From: Kudoa neothunni
Lineage: Eukaryota; Animalia; Cnidaria
Assembly: GCA_964304625.1 (NCBI GenBank)
Contig: OZ199838.1
Span: 7,929,397-7,993,396 of the forward strand
Direction of reading: 5' to 3'
Length of the DNA: 64,000 nucleotides
The notes beneath the pieces are model-generated. The model did not search any database, was not told the origin of the DNA, and saw only the letters and a program-made list of their open reading frames with translations. A program made the position numbers and the translations under genes. Below, piece by piece: positions 12,879-27,500 of the stretch (position 1 is its first letter; each line of letters starts with the position of its first letter).

Positions 12879-15309
12879 GTCAATTGTTATATTTATCAAA
12901 AGATAGCACCGTTAATTACAGAAACATCTTAAACATAAAAAATTTACTTTTGAGGAGAGTTTAAAAATGTTTTGCTTTAAGTTTGGACGATTAACTCACA
13001 TGAACTTTATATTACAAAGGATCCAATTAATAACAAATAAAATTTGTTCATGCTGTATGCATATTTAACATTATAGCATCAATATATAAATATTGCACAA
13101 AAAATTGTAATATATATATATATATATATGAGAATATAGAAAATTAATTTGTATCATGTATGATTTAAAAACTGTAACTCCGTATACCCTGCCACATATA
13201 TATTTAAATAATCAGTCAGAACTTTCCATATATGAATATATTCAATGTTAAGGCAAGAAACCATCGTTCAAAAATGATAATAATAAGGTAAGCTAATGCG
13301 TTCTTATACAGCCGCTAATATAATAAAGAGGGGGTTTCACAGATAGCGACATATGAGACTGATGGTAATTACTTAAAAACCCACGCACAATCTTTCAGCC
13401 CCAACATTCCAAATAGATAAGTTAGTTAAAGAAATCGAAAAATAAAATATATAATTAAATTTTTCAACGTGTGTTAAATCTTTGGTGTGATATTTAAGTT
13501 TGATCATAAATGATGATAATTTGTGCACTATGATAGTACGTTTCAGTGTGTTTTTATCAGACTACACACGAAGATTCAAAAAATCTACTCAGTCAACTTC
13601 ATATGGAATGTAAACAAAATTATAACGTGTTATATTCCATTAGAGCGCGATTTCAACAGAAATATCAAAAGGAATTAGAATAAAATAAATAAAATCATAC
13701 TCATGAGGTATTACTTCTAAATTCTATCATTAATTAAAAGGTTCAATGGAATATAAAAATTCTAAAAACTAAAAATATTTCAAAGCAATGTTTTTACAAA
13801 TCTATATTAATTTTTGATAAGATCTAATATATATATATATATGCTACGATGCATTGTTGATAACGTTTCAAAACCTCGTGTTACTTGACTTGACGAACTG
13901 TACAAAATTCTGAGAGAGTAATGACTAATTTATCGATTTAATTTGGTTTGGATATTTTTGGGTATTTTTTCATTTCTCTCAATCTTTAAAAAATGTGTTT
14001 TAAACAATGAAATCAAAATCGGGAATGTCAGACATGCGCAAGAGGTCGAATTTGGTGAGGCGTATACTCCCCATTACCTCTAATAACATAGTGTCTATAT
14101 TATCTATCGAAAATTCCATTTTAAAGACCGATGCGCGAGTATATTCGACAATTGCCGATGAATTTCCCCAAAACTGCAGTTTAGCCTGTATTATTTTATG
14201 TTTCGAGTAAATTTATGAAAAATCGATTAATTAGTCATTGTATCAACATAATGTTGCAACATTGTATTTTATGGAACTTGTATACAGGATAGCGTTGTTA
14301 TACATACAAGATGAACAGCGTCGATGGTGGGTTAGAAGATAATGATGTTAACATTAAAACGAATAGTTTTTTTAACGTCAGTGATATGTTTTGTCGCTTT
14401 TCAGAGTTGAAGTTGAGAATCTAACAGTTCGAATATCAGGACAAAAATAATATTTCCATATTGAGTTGCAAAGTCGTTGAGAGCGCACAAAGACGATATC
14501 TTCGAATATTATAATGTCACATAAAATCATATCGGTAATATTATTGAATTATTTAAATAATAGAGTAAATACTCCTTCTGTTGTCAGCAGAACTTGTTAT
14601 AAGACGGATTTATTCAGAAGTATTGTTTTTAAATTAACTTCTAAAATTTTAATAAGTTTCTATAATTATGTTATCTTACATGCAACCAACATTATATAAA
14701 CTCAGCGTTTAAGAATATTCTACCATAATTAATATAGTTTTTCTAAATTTTTAGATTAAATATGTTAAACTAACTTGCTGCTTGGCCAAATGAATTATTT
14801 GTATGTTAAGCATCGTGTGAACTAGCTCATTAGTATTATTTTATTGAAAATAAATATAAATTATCGGACTGATATAAATAATATTCTCTTATTTTTAAAA
14901 ATAGAGTAAAGTACATTTGATCACCATTATTTGTAGATGCGCTTTAAGGTTCAGTATAACACAAAGTTAAGTCACCAGAATATATAAATACGAAGTTTAA
15001 ATTTTTATGGAAAAATTAAACTCAGTGAATTCTTTGATTCAACAATATAACATTTTATGCAAGGATATAACGTTTCATAAGTTTAACCATAAAAATCTTG
15101 ATGTTATCCGTTTCTAAATAGGGTCTTCCTACATATTCTTCAATCAAACATAATTTCTAGATATATTTATCATTGGAATGTTATTTATAATATTATATTT
15201 AATGGTATACCAACTTGAAATAAATTTATAAAACACGCGATGCTAATCTGCCGGACCAATAGTCACTGCCCTAATTTTAATCCCTTTCATTGGTTGGAGC
15301 ATTATAGTA

Positions 15310-16800
15310 TGCATAGTAGGGGCTCAAAGAAATATGGAAGATAAAATAAAAGTAATTGATCACAGTAATTATTTAAAGTGTATACCTGATGGTAATGCAA
15401 TAACTGTAAAATGTTTCGGTTTACCGAGTGATTTTAATTTCAGTACCATTCAATAATCTAAAATAGGGCACTCAACCCTCGATAGAATGTTGTATAAACA
15501 AGATAAAATTGCAACCCTAAACATTCCAATAACTAGAAAAAGATTTAGGCCAGTAAAATATGAAGATCCTAAAAATAACCTTATATCAAAATAATTTCAA
15601 TTCGAGAAAAAATTATCTATTATTGTCATAAATATTGCAATACATAATATTGATAAAAGCTGAGGGTGGTTAAATAACTTCAGAGTGTGCTATGTTCTGA
15701 AAAACTTTAAATTGCATGGAAAAGCAGAAATGCTGATTTTAAATGTATTCATGAACAGAAGGGCAAATCGTCTGAGATTATGCCAAGATAAAATCCGAAA
15801 AACATATCAAACTCGGATGAGATGGTTCTTCTTTACGAGAAGCTGATTCAACATACTTATGCAAGCAAAAATGAACACAACGTGGATGGGGTACAACGAT
15901 TCAAAAAGCGTATTATGGTTTCGGTTAGTGCTTCAATGAACAGAAGAAAAAATTCCACTACACGTAATGGGAAAATTTAAGAAACCTCGCCGTTTTAAAG
16001 TAGTTAAAAAGCTTCCCAATCGACAACCATTCGCCAACCATTGGCTAATTGTTTTTGTTTATATTTTATCAGATTCTCAAAGATTTGAACCAAAGATTCA
16101 GTGAAGAAAAGGGGAAAGTTTCAGTTTAATTGAATCAATGCCCATCTCATCCAAAATCGATCGATAAGTTGGAAAACATCAAGCTTCTGTTTCTGTCAAA
16201 AAAACTGCCTATGGTGCAACAAATGTATATGTGAATGATTCATAGCTTAAAAGTCAATTAGAGAAAAATATTTTGTAAATATATACTAATCGAAGAGGAT
16301 GACGCAGAAATATTTAAATATAATGTGTTTGCTTAAATACGCTAAAATCGATTTGGGAAACGGTACGGTATCAATTATTTGGAATTGCTTTAAGAAGTCA
16401 CCTATTTTCAAAAATATATTATTTGTTTTTCTTTTCTTTCGATTGAAAAATTAAGACGATCAAAAATTTTAACAGAGCTCGAGAATGAAATAAATCAGAA
16501 GGTAACCAACTGAAGAATTTTAATAACAATATATAAAGGTAGCAACGTTGATGATATCATTCTGTCACGAGAAAGTGAAATCGATCAGCTAAATTAAGAT
16601 GTGAAGTGTGTAATGAAGACTTTGATTTTGGGCATAACAATGAAACCATTACGACGCTTCAAGTAATGAATGTTATAAATCCAATAAAAAGGCGTGTAAC
16701 ATTGAGAATACTAAAGAATTGTTTTGTCTGCATTTTGTTATGGATGCCGTACACGAAAGTATTAGCAAATGAACAAAAAATCATAAAATAGATGAGTTCT
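15310..16800 (+). mobile_element. Heavily decayed pogo/Tigger (CENP-B/DDE_1) transposase
   Basis: Fragments GWLNNF, NSDEMVLLY, PLHVMGKFKKPRRFKVVKKLP and CPSHP, similar to the pogo at 30775-32630. Confidence 0.7.
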
Positions 16801-17995
16801 CTGTAAAAAAATATTAAATTCAAGCGTCGCGTGCGTGCGCAACTGACTTGAAAGTTGCTTAGTGGTTTTCAGTTTCGTAATTTTTCCACGGTTACGAAAT
16901 ATTACGCAATATCGAGACGGTGCTTTTATATTGACACCATATTTTTAATGTGATGGGTTGTTAGTATCTTAGTAAAAGGCTTCTAGATTTTTAGGTTTAT
17001 ATTCTTGTTTGATCATACCAAAGCTATTCTTTAAAATTTGTGTGAATTTTGTGATTTTATTTGATATATTATAACAATTCCTTTCTTAACTGCAAGTGAC
17101 ATCCTTATAGTAACCTGTCTAGCTATATCCGGTGTTTAATGCATAAATCCGTTTACGTTAAACAATAAGCACACAATGTTTTAAAAATATTTTTTTTGTC
17201 AGCTCATTGATCTTCTTAAGATTTGACTATAATTTTCCAGAATATAGTTTTTACGTTTATTTTTACATGGGCTAATGTTTTATTTATAAAACTTCTAAAA
17301 ATCGCTACGGCTTAATGTGTCACCATTGACAATCTATTTTGTACCACCAACCAGTTATTACCAGATTGCTGATATCTATTTTGAAATTTTTTTAATCCGT
17401 ATTCCAACAGTTCCAGTTAATCATTAGTCATTAGTAATGAGTTTGCAGATACCACGATTCGACCAAGTAATGTTTTATCTTTAATTATCAAAATAAGAGT
17501 AATAAAGAAACATTTGTTGTTTCTTTTTATTATAACAAGGATATAAAAGTAGTGACAGAAATATTCTTAAGCTAAATTTTTAATAGTTTCGACTACGACG
17601 ACACCATTTGCGACTAATGAATTGCTATTGTTAATATGAAATCATCTTGCTATAGAAGCTTTTAATTTATCCTAGTGCGTTAATAGGGTTTATATGTGAA
17701 CTTTATCATAGAGCAGACTCTAAGATAAAATCACGTTTGTTTCAGTCTCTCACCATGTAAGTTAAAAATTATTGTACTCACAGGTGATAGTATTTGAATA
17801 TGCTGTTAGCATATTCACGTATTAATTTAGATACTTTTCTGCATTATGTTAGTTAATTGGTTCATGGAATACGCCGTAAACCATTAACACAATTCTGAGT
17901 CAGAAAAAATAATTAATCAGTTATTAAATAAAATTTCAATGCAATAAAGATTCTAAAATAGTTAAACGTTGTAAAAATACCATAGACATTTACAG

Positions 17996-19299
17996 ATGAT
18001 TGGTGATTTGTCATTAAAAATTGATTTTGAGTTTTCTGTAATGCACGATAAATCTACAAATAGTCATTTGAGAGGTGTAAGTTAATGCGAATTATTATGA
18101 ATCATCATAGAAGCTGCTGTAGATTTTACTTTTTATTTGCCCAAATATATTTTTATCGATTTAAAATGATTTTACTTAGTATAATTTCTTGCCTGCATGG
18201 ATGGAACATATAGACGTAATGGAACTTTCTCGCGGAGAATACGATTCACAGTTGTATTTTGGATCTGATTACGTTTATTTGCATAATATTACCATACCCT
18301 CTTGGGACGTGTTCCACTATTCTCATTTTTTCAGCATAGCTGCAAATGATGTCTTTGAGTCCTTATACAAGCTCAGCTCCTCAATCATGTGTGATGGAAG
18401 CTGTTCCTCAAACGATATAGGCCAACTTCAAAGTTTTCTTAACACGAAACGTTTTGGATACCTTTTAAAAAATTCTTCTTCAACAGAGAACAAAGAAAAA
18501 TCATGCAAAAAATTTAATATATCAACTGTAAATTCATTCCCTTCATCCAGTGAGGATTTTCATGAACATGGTTCAAATCCAAATGCTGTCAACGATAAAA
18601 TTTTCAACTTTTCACCGCTATACTACGATTACATTAAACCTTTGAGACAGCAAGGTTCTATGTGATAATGAACCAAACATTTATCTCTTTTAGATCTAAC
18701 AAAAGATAATTCTCAGTCACATAAAACACGTGATATATCCATGGGAAGTTCATACCCTACGTTTGACTCAAAAGTGATGTTGTTCGATCAAAAACGATAT
18801 TTTTCCAATCGATGGAATTCTGATCCTGAACAGACAATAACACGCTCATTTAAATCTCCCAAGGAGTTGGAAGGTTTTCCAGATGTTCAAGACAACATAA
18901 ATCCGTATACTATTTAAATACTATGAAACAATATTTATTATTTATAGGCGCAATCTAGCATACAAAAAAGTTGGATCTTACTACATCAAAATTGTTTCCC
19001 AATATCAAAGTATCAACAACAGAGATGTCAAAATATCTAGACAATTATTTTGCCCAGTAAAAGGCTGCACTAAAAGCTATACTAGACTCTCACACCTTAA
19101 ATCGCATATTGACATTCACGAAGGAGTGAGACCATATAAATGTACTTGGCCAGATTGTTTTTCCTGTTTCCCTCGAAAAGATCAATTGATAAGACATTTA
19201 AGTTCTCATGCCATGAAGCCAATGCACATTTGTAAAATTTGCAACCTATCTTTTTCAAGAAAACAGCAACTTTTGAAGCATGAGTCAAAGCCTCATTAG
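17996..19299 (+). CDS. Divergent KLF/Sp/WT1-like three-finger C2H2 transcription factor
   Basis: Exons 17996-18076 (tentative start), 18180-18654, 18694-18904 and 18948-19299 splice in frame via GT-AG; C-terminus FCPVKGCTKSYTRLSHLKSHIDIHEGVRPYKCTWPDCFSCFPRKDQLIRHLSSHAMKPMHICKICNLSFSRKQQLLKHESKPH*. Confidence 0.85.
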
Positions 19300-20093
19300 C
19301 AATACATTTCTAACAGCCGTAGAACTTTCTACAAAAATTTTCAATATTTTTGAATTCTTACCCCCAATCCTTTGATTCAATTTTATCACTCAAATAATTT
19401 TATGAAATAAGCATCCAAATGAATACTTATGAAAATAAGTTGTTATATTTAACCATTAAAAGCTACCCTTAGGATCTACGATCCCGTTGGAAGGAAAAAT
19501 TCTCTTTGCAAGCCTTAACTTTGGTCGATTGATGCACGTCACTTGAAAAAAATTGTGATATTTAAATCATCCTTTAAGCTTTAGAATTCAATATTGAATA
19601 CTAACTGAAAATCATTATTTCAAAGCGCATGTTTACTAAAGATGAATTCATTCGAAACATCCGAATAATCTCTTTCCTTAAAAGAGATGTTAGCATAGTA
19701 TGTAGAGAGCTCGAGTTGTGTGTTTTTGCATCTAAATTCGGCCAACATAGGTGGCATTTAGCTGTTGTTATGGATAAATGACGAGTTATATTAGCGTACC
19801 AACGGGTTCTCATAAACGAGAATCTTTTATCATTTGAATTAAATATTTGGATGACTATTGTAAATCTAACGTAGATTATGACACCGATGTGGACCTCAAA
19901 TATCGTTTTTTATGATAAAAGACAAATCTTTTATGATGCAACTACATTTAATTCTGATGGTCCCTCGACACATAATCAATTAAATCAGTCAAATGAATGT
20001 GAAGAATCTTGTACTAATAAGAATAACTGTCTCCAAACTCCGAAACATAGTTTGGTTATATCATCCAATATCTGGAAAAATGTCTTCTAATAA

Positions 20094-21480
20094 TATTATA
20101 AAAGGTCGTTGTTGCGCTGCAAAGAGACTAACGATATGTCTAAATATACCTCAGAATACTCTTCGGGGTTATTCGGTCATATCGAACCGCCCCCGGGGAT
20201 TACCATACGTAACACCCCTCCCCCTTTTATTACGTTGTAAAGTTATCTAACCATTTAGGCAATATTCGCTTCCTTGGCTCCTGTTGTGTCCAAGTTTAGC
20301 AAAACGTTAGCAAGGGAAAACACGTTGACACAAAAATACAATGAATATGAAAAATGGATTAAATGGATTACTCAACTAATTACCAGGTTTGTGTACAGGG
20401 CTGGGAAGAGATTATGTACATAACAGCTCCAATGGTTGGTTTTCTCCATTTGGTGGTGCTTCTGCGGAACTACTACTTTGATCCGTACTCGTCATACTTT
20501 CCGATTCTTTTAGTTTTATCATTAGGTGATCCATCTCCTCCTCCACTCATGGAAAATGGTTTCTCGTTGTTTGGCATTATTGGTTTGGTTTCAATGTTTT
20601 TCCAATTCTGTGTGGTTGAAATAAATTTTTTTAGTCTATTTCTATACACTCGTGTAATTTGTTTTGAAAGGTCCTCTATGTCAATTACGTTTCCTTTAAC
20701 TTTTAAGATTGTATACGGACCGATCCACGTTGGGCCAAATTTTGAGACGTGCCTTCATGGATCTAGCAACCAAACTTTATCATTAACTTTTAGTTTATAG
20801 CTGTTCTTTGTTTTGTTATATTTATCCATTTTTTCGTTTGTGCGCTTTATGCTTTTTGATACAACATTCCATCTGTGATTTATGGTCTTCTCGTTATACT
20901 TGTGGTAGTTTTTGGGTGTATCCTGATCGTTAGTGTTGTTGGTGTTGATATCGCTCGGAATGATTTCCAATTTTCGGCCAAACACAACTTCAGCTGGACT
21001 CATTTCGATTGATTCCTGGATGGTATTGCGATAGATCAAAAGGAGATGAGGGAGATTGATGTCCCAATTTTTGTTGCTCTCACTTGACTTATTTAACATA
21101 TTCTTCAGTGTTCTATTGAATCTTTCGATTTGACCGTTTCCTTGTGGATGATAAGGGGTTGTTTGAGTTTTGTTTATACGAAATTTAGTGCAGAATTCTT
21201 TCATTATATTGGAGATAAAGTTTGTTCCTTGGTCAGTGTGAATTTGTTTGGGAATTCCGAAACGGCTAATGATATCCTTATTGTGGATATCGACGATAAA
21301 ACCAGAAGAGATATTTGCCAGTGGAAAAGCTTCCACCCATTTTGAGAATGGGTCAATAATGGTTAATATGGTACGGAGAAATTTTGCCGGTGGAGGAAGA
21401 TTGCCAACGCACGCGCTAACATGGATAAAACCCCATTTTAAACGCATATTAACTGCGCAAGAGCAGACAAAGGGCCCAGG
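20094..21480 (-). mobile_element. Ty3/Gypsy 3' fragment: integrase, PPT and short 3' LTR
   Basis: Integrase rve motifs (IIDPFSKW, HTDQGTNF, TTPYHPQGNGQIERFN); PPT AAAAGGGGGAGGGG immediately before TGTTACG at 20214; LTR about 20094-20214. Confidence 0.88.
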
Positions 21481-21489
21481 ATGAGTGGA

Positions 21490-24000
21490 AATTCAAATAA
21501 AGATATTATTATGCTTTATGAAGATTAATTTTACGTCAAAGATTACAAAAAAAAATGAAATTCAATATTGGAGGTGTCAAGTTAGACAGTGTAGAGGAAG
21601 GTTAAGAATAACAACTCTAGATGATACGGAAAACATTGAAAAAACTGGATTTCACAATCACATCGTATCGGAGGAGGATAAAAATAAAAAAATATTCCAC
21701 AATAAAATAAAATTCTTAGCAGAAACTACTTTATATCCAACAAACAAGGTGTATAGTATTGCAACCAGCAAAGAAAACATTAATGAATTGCCGATTATTC
21801 CTAAATCTTTTGTATACAAAAACATAAGAAATTTAAGAAAAAGAAACAATATTCAAATTAATCCAGCGACAAGTGTTTGTAATGAAATTAAGACTCTGAG
21901 AGATGAATCCTTTTGTTTGTTCGATTCAGGTTCTGATGACGAAAACAGAATAATCTTGTTTTCTACAGATAAAAACCTTTTACATCTGAAAAATTCAGAT
22001 TTTTGGATTGAGGATTGAACTTTTAACGTTGCGCCGAAGGATTTTTTTCAGTTATATGCTATTCACGGTAATGTATTCAACAGGGGTTTTCCACTAGCTT
22101 TTGTTTTAATGTCGGACAAGTCAGAAAAATTACACGAAGATTATTGAAATAATCAAGGAAAAGGGTAATATGGAGTTACCGAAATCAATAATTATTGACT
22201 TTGAAGTAGCAGCATATAATGCTTTTAAAAAAGCATCAAAACATGATGTACAATTTTGTTTGTTTCATTTCGGACAATGTAATTACCGAAAAATTAAATC
22301 ACTTGGACTTTCCGAGGAATACCAAAATGACCTAGATTTTAAAGTTTTCATTAATTGCGTTATGTCACCCGCATTTGTTCTTAAAGATTTTGTTGAAGTT
22401 GAATTCAAAAAATTGTGTACTTCCCCTGAAAAATTTCAGATTCCTAATCTTCAATTATTCTTAATATACTTTGAAAAAAACTTTATTAGAAGCAAAAAGT
22501 ATCCCATTGAATCATGGAATGCGTACCAAAGGGTGCTGAACAATGTAAAACTAACATCTAACGACGCGGAAATATTCAATCGCCACTTTTATTCCCGCTT
22601 TGACCAATCACATTCATCACAAATCTAAAAGAGCAACAAAGTTTGATTGAACAGGAAATTATGTATCAGCTGTGTAATCCAAATATGACAAATCAGAACA
22701 AAAAGACGGAAATAAAAATTGAAGGAGATATGCTCGAATTATAGTTCCTACTAGCTGGAACTACCCAGCGTTGCTTGGGGAAGATTTCGCCTAGAGGCAT
22801 TTTTTAATAGCATCCAAAAAATATATTGAAATCTCGAATTAACCCATAGAAACAAAATAACTAAAAATTTTTAAGCAACTTACTATAACGATTTGGATTA
22901 TGCAATTTAAATTATGATAATTTCTGTGAAGGAAAGTATCAATCCCTGCGTCCATTTAAAAATTTCGTGGCTCGGCATCAACGCTAAACAAGTTAAGGTC
23001 AACGTTGTATTTTTTTCACTCCGAATTATTTAAATTCCGTTAAAGTGTTATCTAAAACGTTATTTTTTGGCCCGGAGGATTTTGAAAAGTCGAATTCTGG
23101 CCTGGCTCGGTAACTGGGTGCACCACTAACTTTTTAAGAGATAAAAAAATAAAAGAGATAGAAGAAAACTTATGAAAATTAATCGATATTGCTAAAATTA
23201 GCACCGTTTAGCTCGGCATAAACATACATGCGCTTTTATCATAAACAGCCACAAATTGCGTCGATTTCAACATAAACAATTTAAATAATTTGGTGAAATA
23301 AAAGTACAAACATCTGCATTGAACTTAATCACGTAAAGTAAAACTTAGCGGACAATTTAATGAAACCTATGAACGCAGTATTTCCATTATAACGCTTCAA
23401 TCAATGTAACTTTAACGCTCTCCACGAAGTCGTTATTTATGAAACATAGATAGATTTTTTACCACGTTGAAAACCATTAATAGAACTTTAAAATATACTT
23501 ATCAAGTCATATACTTTAAAACTCCGCAAATAAGGAGTGTGTTTAAACAGACGCCCAAATAGAAACGCCAACCTTATATATAAGGATAGATAGAAACAGT
23601 TAATGAACATATGATGGAGCATATAAAGGAGATAGTTAACTTCAACCTACCATAACCATGAAATAAGCAAGTGCTAATCCTATAGTTGAACTCATTTAAT
23701 CCGAAAAACAAACTTTAAATCGACAAAATCACTATTTCATAAATACTTTTTGGAAATTTTCGTAGTCCGAAAACAATTAAACGATTTTTTTAAATATCAC
23801 AAATTTATAAAAATTTTATATATGGCTCTCTATAAGGAAAAAATTATCCGCACATGCGTACTTAGGGACATACACACACAAACAACCATACCGACAGTCC
23901 TTTTATATATACAAAGGATTACCTAGAAAACCATCGTGATACACTGGATAGTCACCCTCTTAAACGCTTGGAAGTGAACATTACCTTTAGAATTTGTGCA
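21490..24000 (+). mobile_element. MULE transposase pseudogene (FLYWCH plus MULE domain) interrupted by a Helitron
   Basis: YWRC..CRGRL..HNH (FLYWCH), then IIIDFEVAAYNAF and FCLFHFGQ; the frame continues across the Helitron (CSNYSSY|YLENH). Confidence 0.85.
22751..23918 (-). mobile_element. Non-autonomous Helitron, family A
   Basis: Minus strand 5' TCCTTTGTATATATAAAAGG and 3' CCCAAGCAACGCTGGG..GCTAG; inserted between A22750 and T23919 with no TSD. Confidence 0.88.
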
Positions 24001-24079
24001 ATTATAACTCATTTTAACCTGACTGACTTTAATTGGAAATATAAAATATTTCTTTCAGAATTGGTACGTAAAATATCAA

Positions 24080-24590
24080 TATGAAGCCTGGACAATATGG
24101 CATAGTGGTGTTAGGTCGAGATCGCATACTGTGAGGTTGCGAGTTCGAAGCCTAGTCCACCCATTCCTGTACTCTTAATCCGAAATTAAGTAGAAAGGCT
24201 GTAATAATCGCAAACATCTACGATTTATCGTGGCCTTGCTTGCAACTGGGAGGGGAGCCTAGCGGAAGAGTACATCTTGGGTGCTCATAAACGTCGGGGT
24301 ACAGGTACAAGATACAACTCAGTAGGGAGTAGGGGGTTTCTGTAGAGCCGACGCCCGCATTCAGACGACTTTTCCAGACTAATCCAATTCTGCGTTGATC
24401 CAGGGTATGGTTGGGATGGTGGTTGCTCCGAAACGAGGATGTTTGACGGATTGAAATCCCACACTACCGCATAAACGTAAGTCGCCTTAATATGATGCTG
24501 CGGTACCCAAAGCGTAAATGGAGAAGGTCTAACCAGTCCGAACTTCGCAACCTAACAAGTTGCGCCAGGGGTTTGATCTTGTAAACAACA
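24080..24590 (+). mobile_element. tRNA-derived SINE with a long structured body
   Basis: A box TGGCATAGTGG at 24098, B box GTTCGAAGC at 24143; 10-bp TSD AAAATATCAA (24070-24079 and 24591-24600); short A-rich tail; GC-rich relative to flanks. Confidence 0.82.
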
Positions 24591-24600
24591 AAAATATCAA

Positions 24601-24864
24601 CGTTATAAAACTTTTATTAGAGTAGTAAATTTAAAACGCACTTTACTGGACAGAGTGTCCTTCTCCAGGCATACGCTGAATTTTTTTTAAATCAACGATA
24701 TATATATTAGACTTTCAAAAATTATCTAGAATTTAATAAACAAAATGGAAATTCTATGAAAATTAAATACAAGAAATATAAATATTAAGAGACTTTAAAA
24801 AGGATATTATGTTTTAAGAAAACCACCATAATGGACACTCTGTCCACGTCCAGGCATCGGAGGG
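24601..24864. mobile_element. Orphan piggyBac terminus
   Basis: ...GGACACTCTGTCCACGTCCAGGCATCGGAGGG|TTAA, with an inverted subterminal copy GGACAGAGTGTCC at about 24648. Confidence 0.55.
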
Positions 24865-25106
24865 TTAATAATAAAAATCTTAATCCAGGAAAGACATGGG
24901 AAATCAAATATAACGTATTAAAGAAAATAAAAAAATATTTTACGACTACAAATCTTATTTTTAAATTTATGTATTACAGAAATTTGTTTTGACAAAAAAA
25001 TTAAAATTGTTATCGAAACATCAGAGCACGGGTATCACGCTGGTATAAAATACATTAGCACTGCAGGAGGTTATAAAACTTAGTTGTCAATATAACAGCC
25101 CATTTG

Positions 25107-26407
<1,301 letters not shown>

Positions 26408-26929
26408 TTAGTAAAATAAATCAGACGTTAAATGTCCAAACGAGCTTAAAAGTCGTGCTTTTCCGTTGATACTAAGGTGGATTTATCCTCAGCTAGTTGA
26501 TCATTTTCCACTCGATCTTTATCTTATTTGATGAATTCAACGAGTAACTTCCGTAGTATTAATCGGTTTACATAGGCATGTTTTTTGGTTAATTTAGCCT
26601 TTATCTTCGGCAACAAGGGTATTAATCACCGTTATATCTCAATAAGTACACACACCAATAACGCACGAAATTTTTTGACCCCGATCAAATTTCTGTCTTC
26701 AAAAATTACCAGAGTCCAGGAAATTAAAAAAAAGTTATAGATCCCACTTTGATGGAATTTGGGAATTCTGAAATGCCAAAAAATTCTTCACAATAATACA
26801 TAATAAATAAATTTATTATGTGTTTTAAGTTGAGTGAAGATTCTGCACCTCGATAAATTAATGTGAGGGGATTAATTAAGGTCCGCTTAATGTTGTTTTA
26901 CGCCTACGTATATTTTGTGTGTATATTTG

Positions 26930-27500
26930 CTGATCTGTGGTTTTCTTGGCGCACATTATATGGTGGTTGTTGCAACTTATGGAAAAGTTTTAAAATGTCA
27001 GAATCAATACTTTAAATCGGTGGGCGTAAAATTTCTATCAGATTTTCATCTGTTAGTTGATTACGAATATCAATTTTATTGTAACATCATGGGAAAATTT
27101 GTTCAAAATAATGTGCTGCCAAACATGCTTGTAGAATAAGTGCATGTTCCTTAATATTTTGAATTGTATTAGGTAGTGATATGTAAAATCCAACAACCCA
27201 TTTCCTCAATAAACGTCACGCACGTCGTCAGATGATTAGAGACTTGTAAGCTCAAGCTGATAGTCCGCTGGAAAATCAACCACTGTTTCATTGAATGGGC
27301 TAATGATACGTTACGTTAACAATCTTAATTGATCAATATCTTCGAATCGCCAACTAAAACATTGAGTCAAGGTGTTTATTTTTTGGCATAATTGTAGGTG
27401 TCAAATCTTTATTCTTCATTATATGGCGTTGAAATGTGAAGAATATGTACCAAGTTTCGTAACACTGTTTGAGCTTAAAAGTTCTACTTTTTTCAAAATG
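26930..27500 (-). mobile_element. hAT (Buster/SPIN-like) transposase C-terminal remnant
   Basis: PFNETVVDFPADYQLEL and SMFGST..EQIF..RNQLTDENLIEILR (hAT dimerisation domain pattern). Confidence 0.65.

Larger units (their letters stand above)
9152..14078 (+). mobile_element. Merlin (IS1595/ISXO2-like) DNA transposon, decayed, with nested insertions
   Basis: Long imperfect TIRs starting GGTAATGGGGAG at 9152 and ending CTCCCCATTACC at 14078; flanks TATAATAG/TCTAATAA (6/8); transposase pieces 9706-10888 with EIDES, GPWVVG, TIFTDEWKGY, INHS, HINTVE. Confidence 0.85.

Noticed and set aside
19420-20090. Possible small host gene downstream of the zinc-finger gene
   Set aside because: The trial splicings on either strand hit stop codons and no domain was recognisable.
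24090-24160. Functional tRNA gene
   Set aside because: A and B boxes are present, but there is no proper cloverleaf and no T-run terminator; it is the head of a TSD-flanked SINE.
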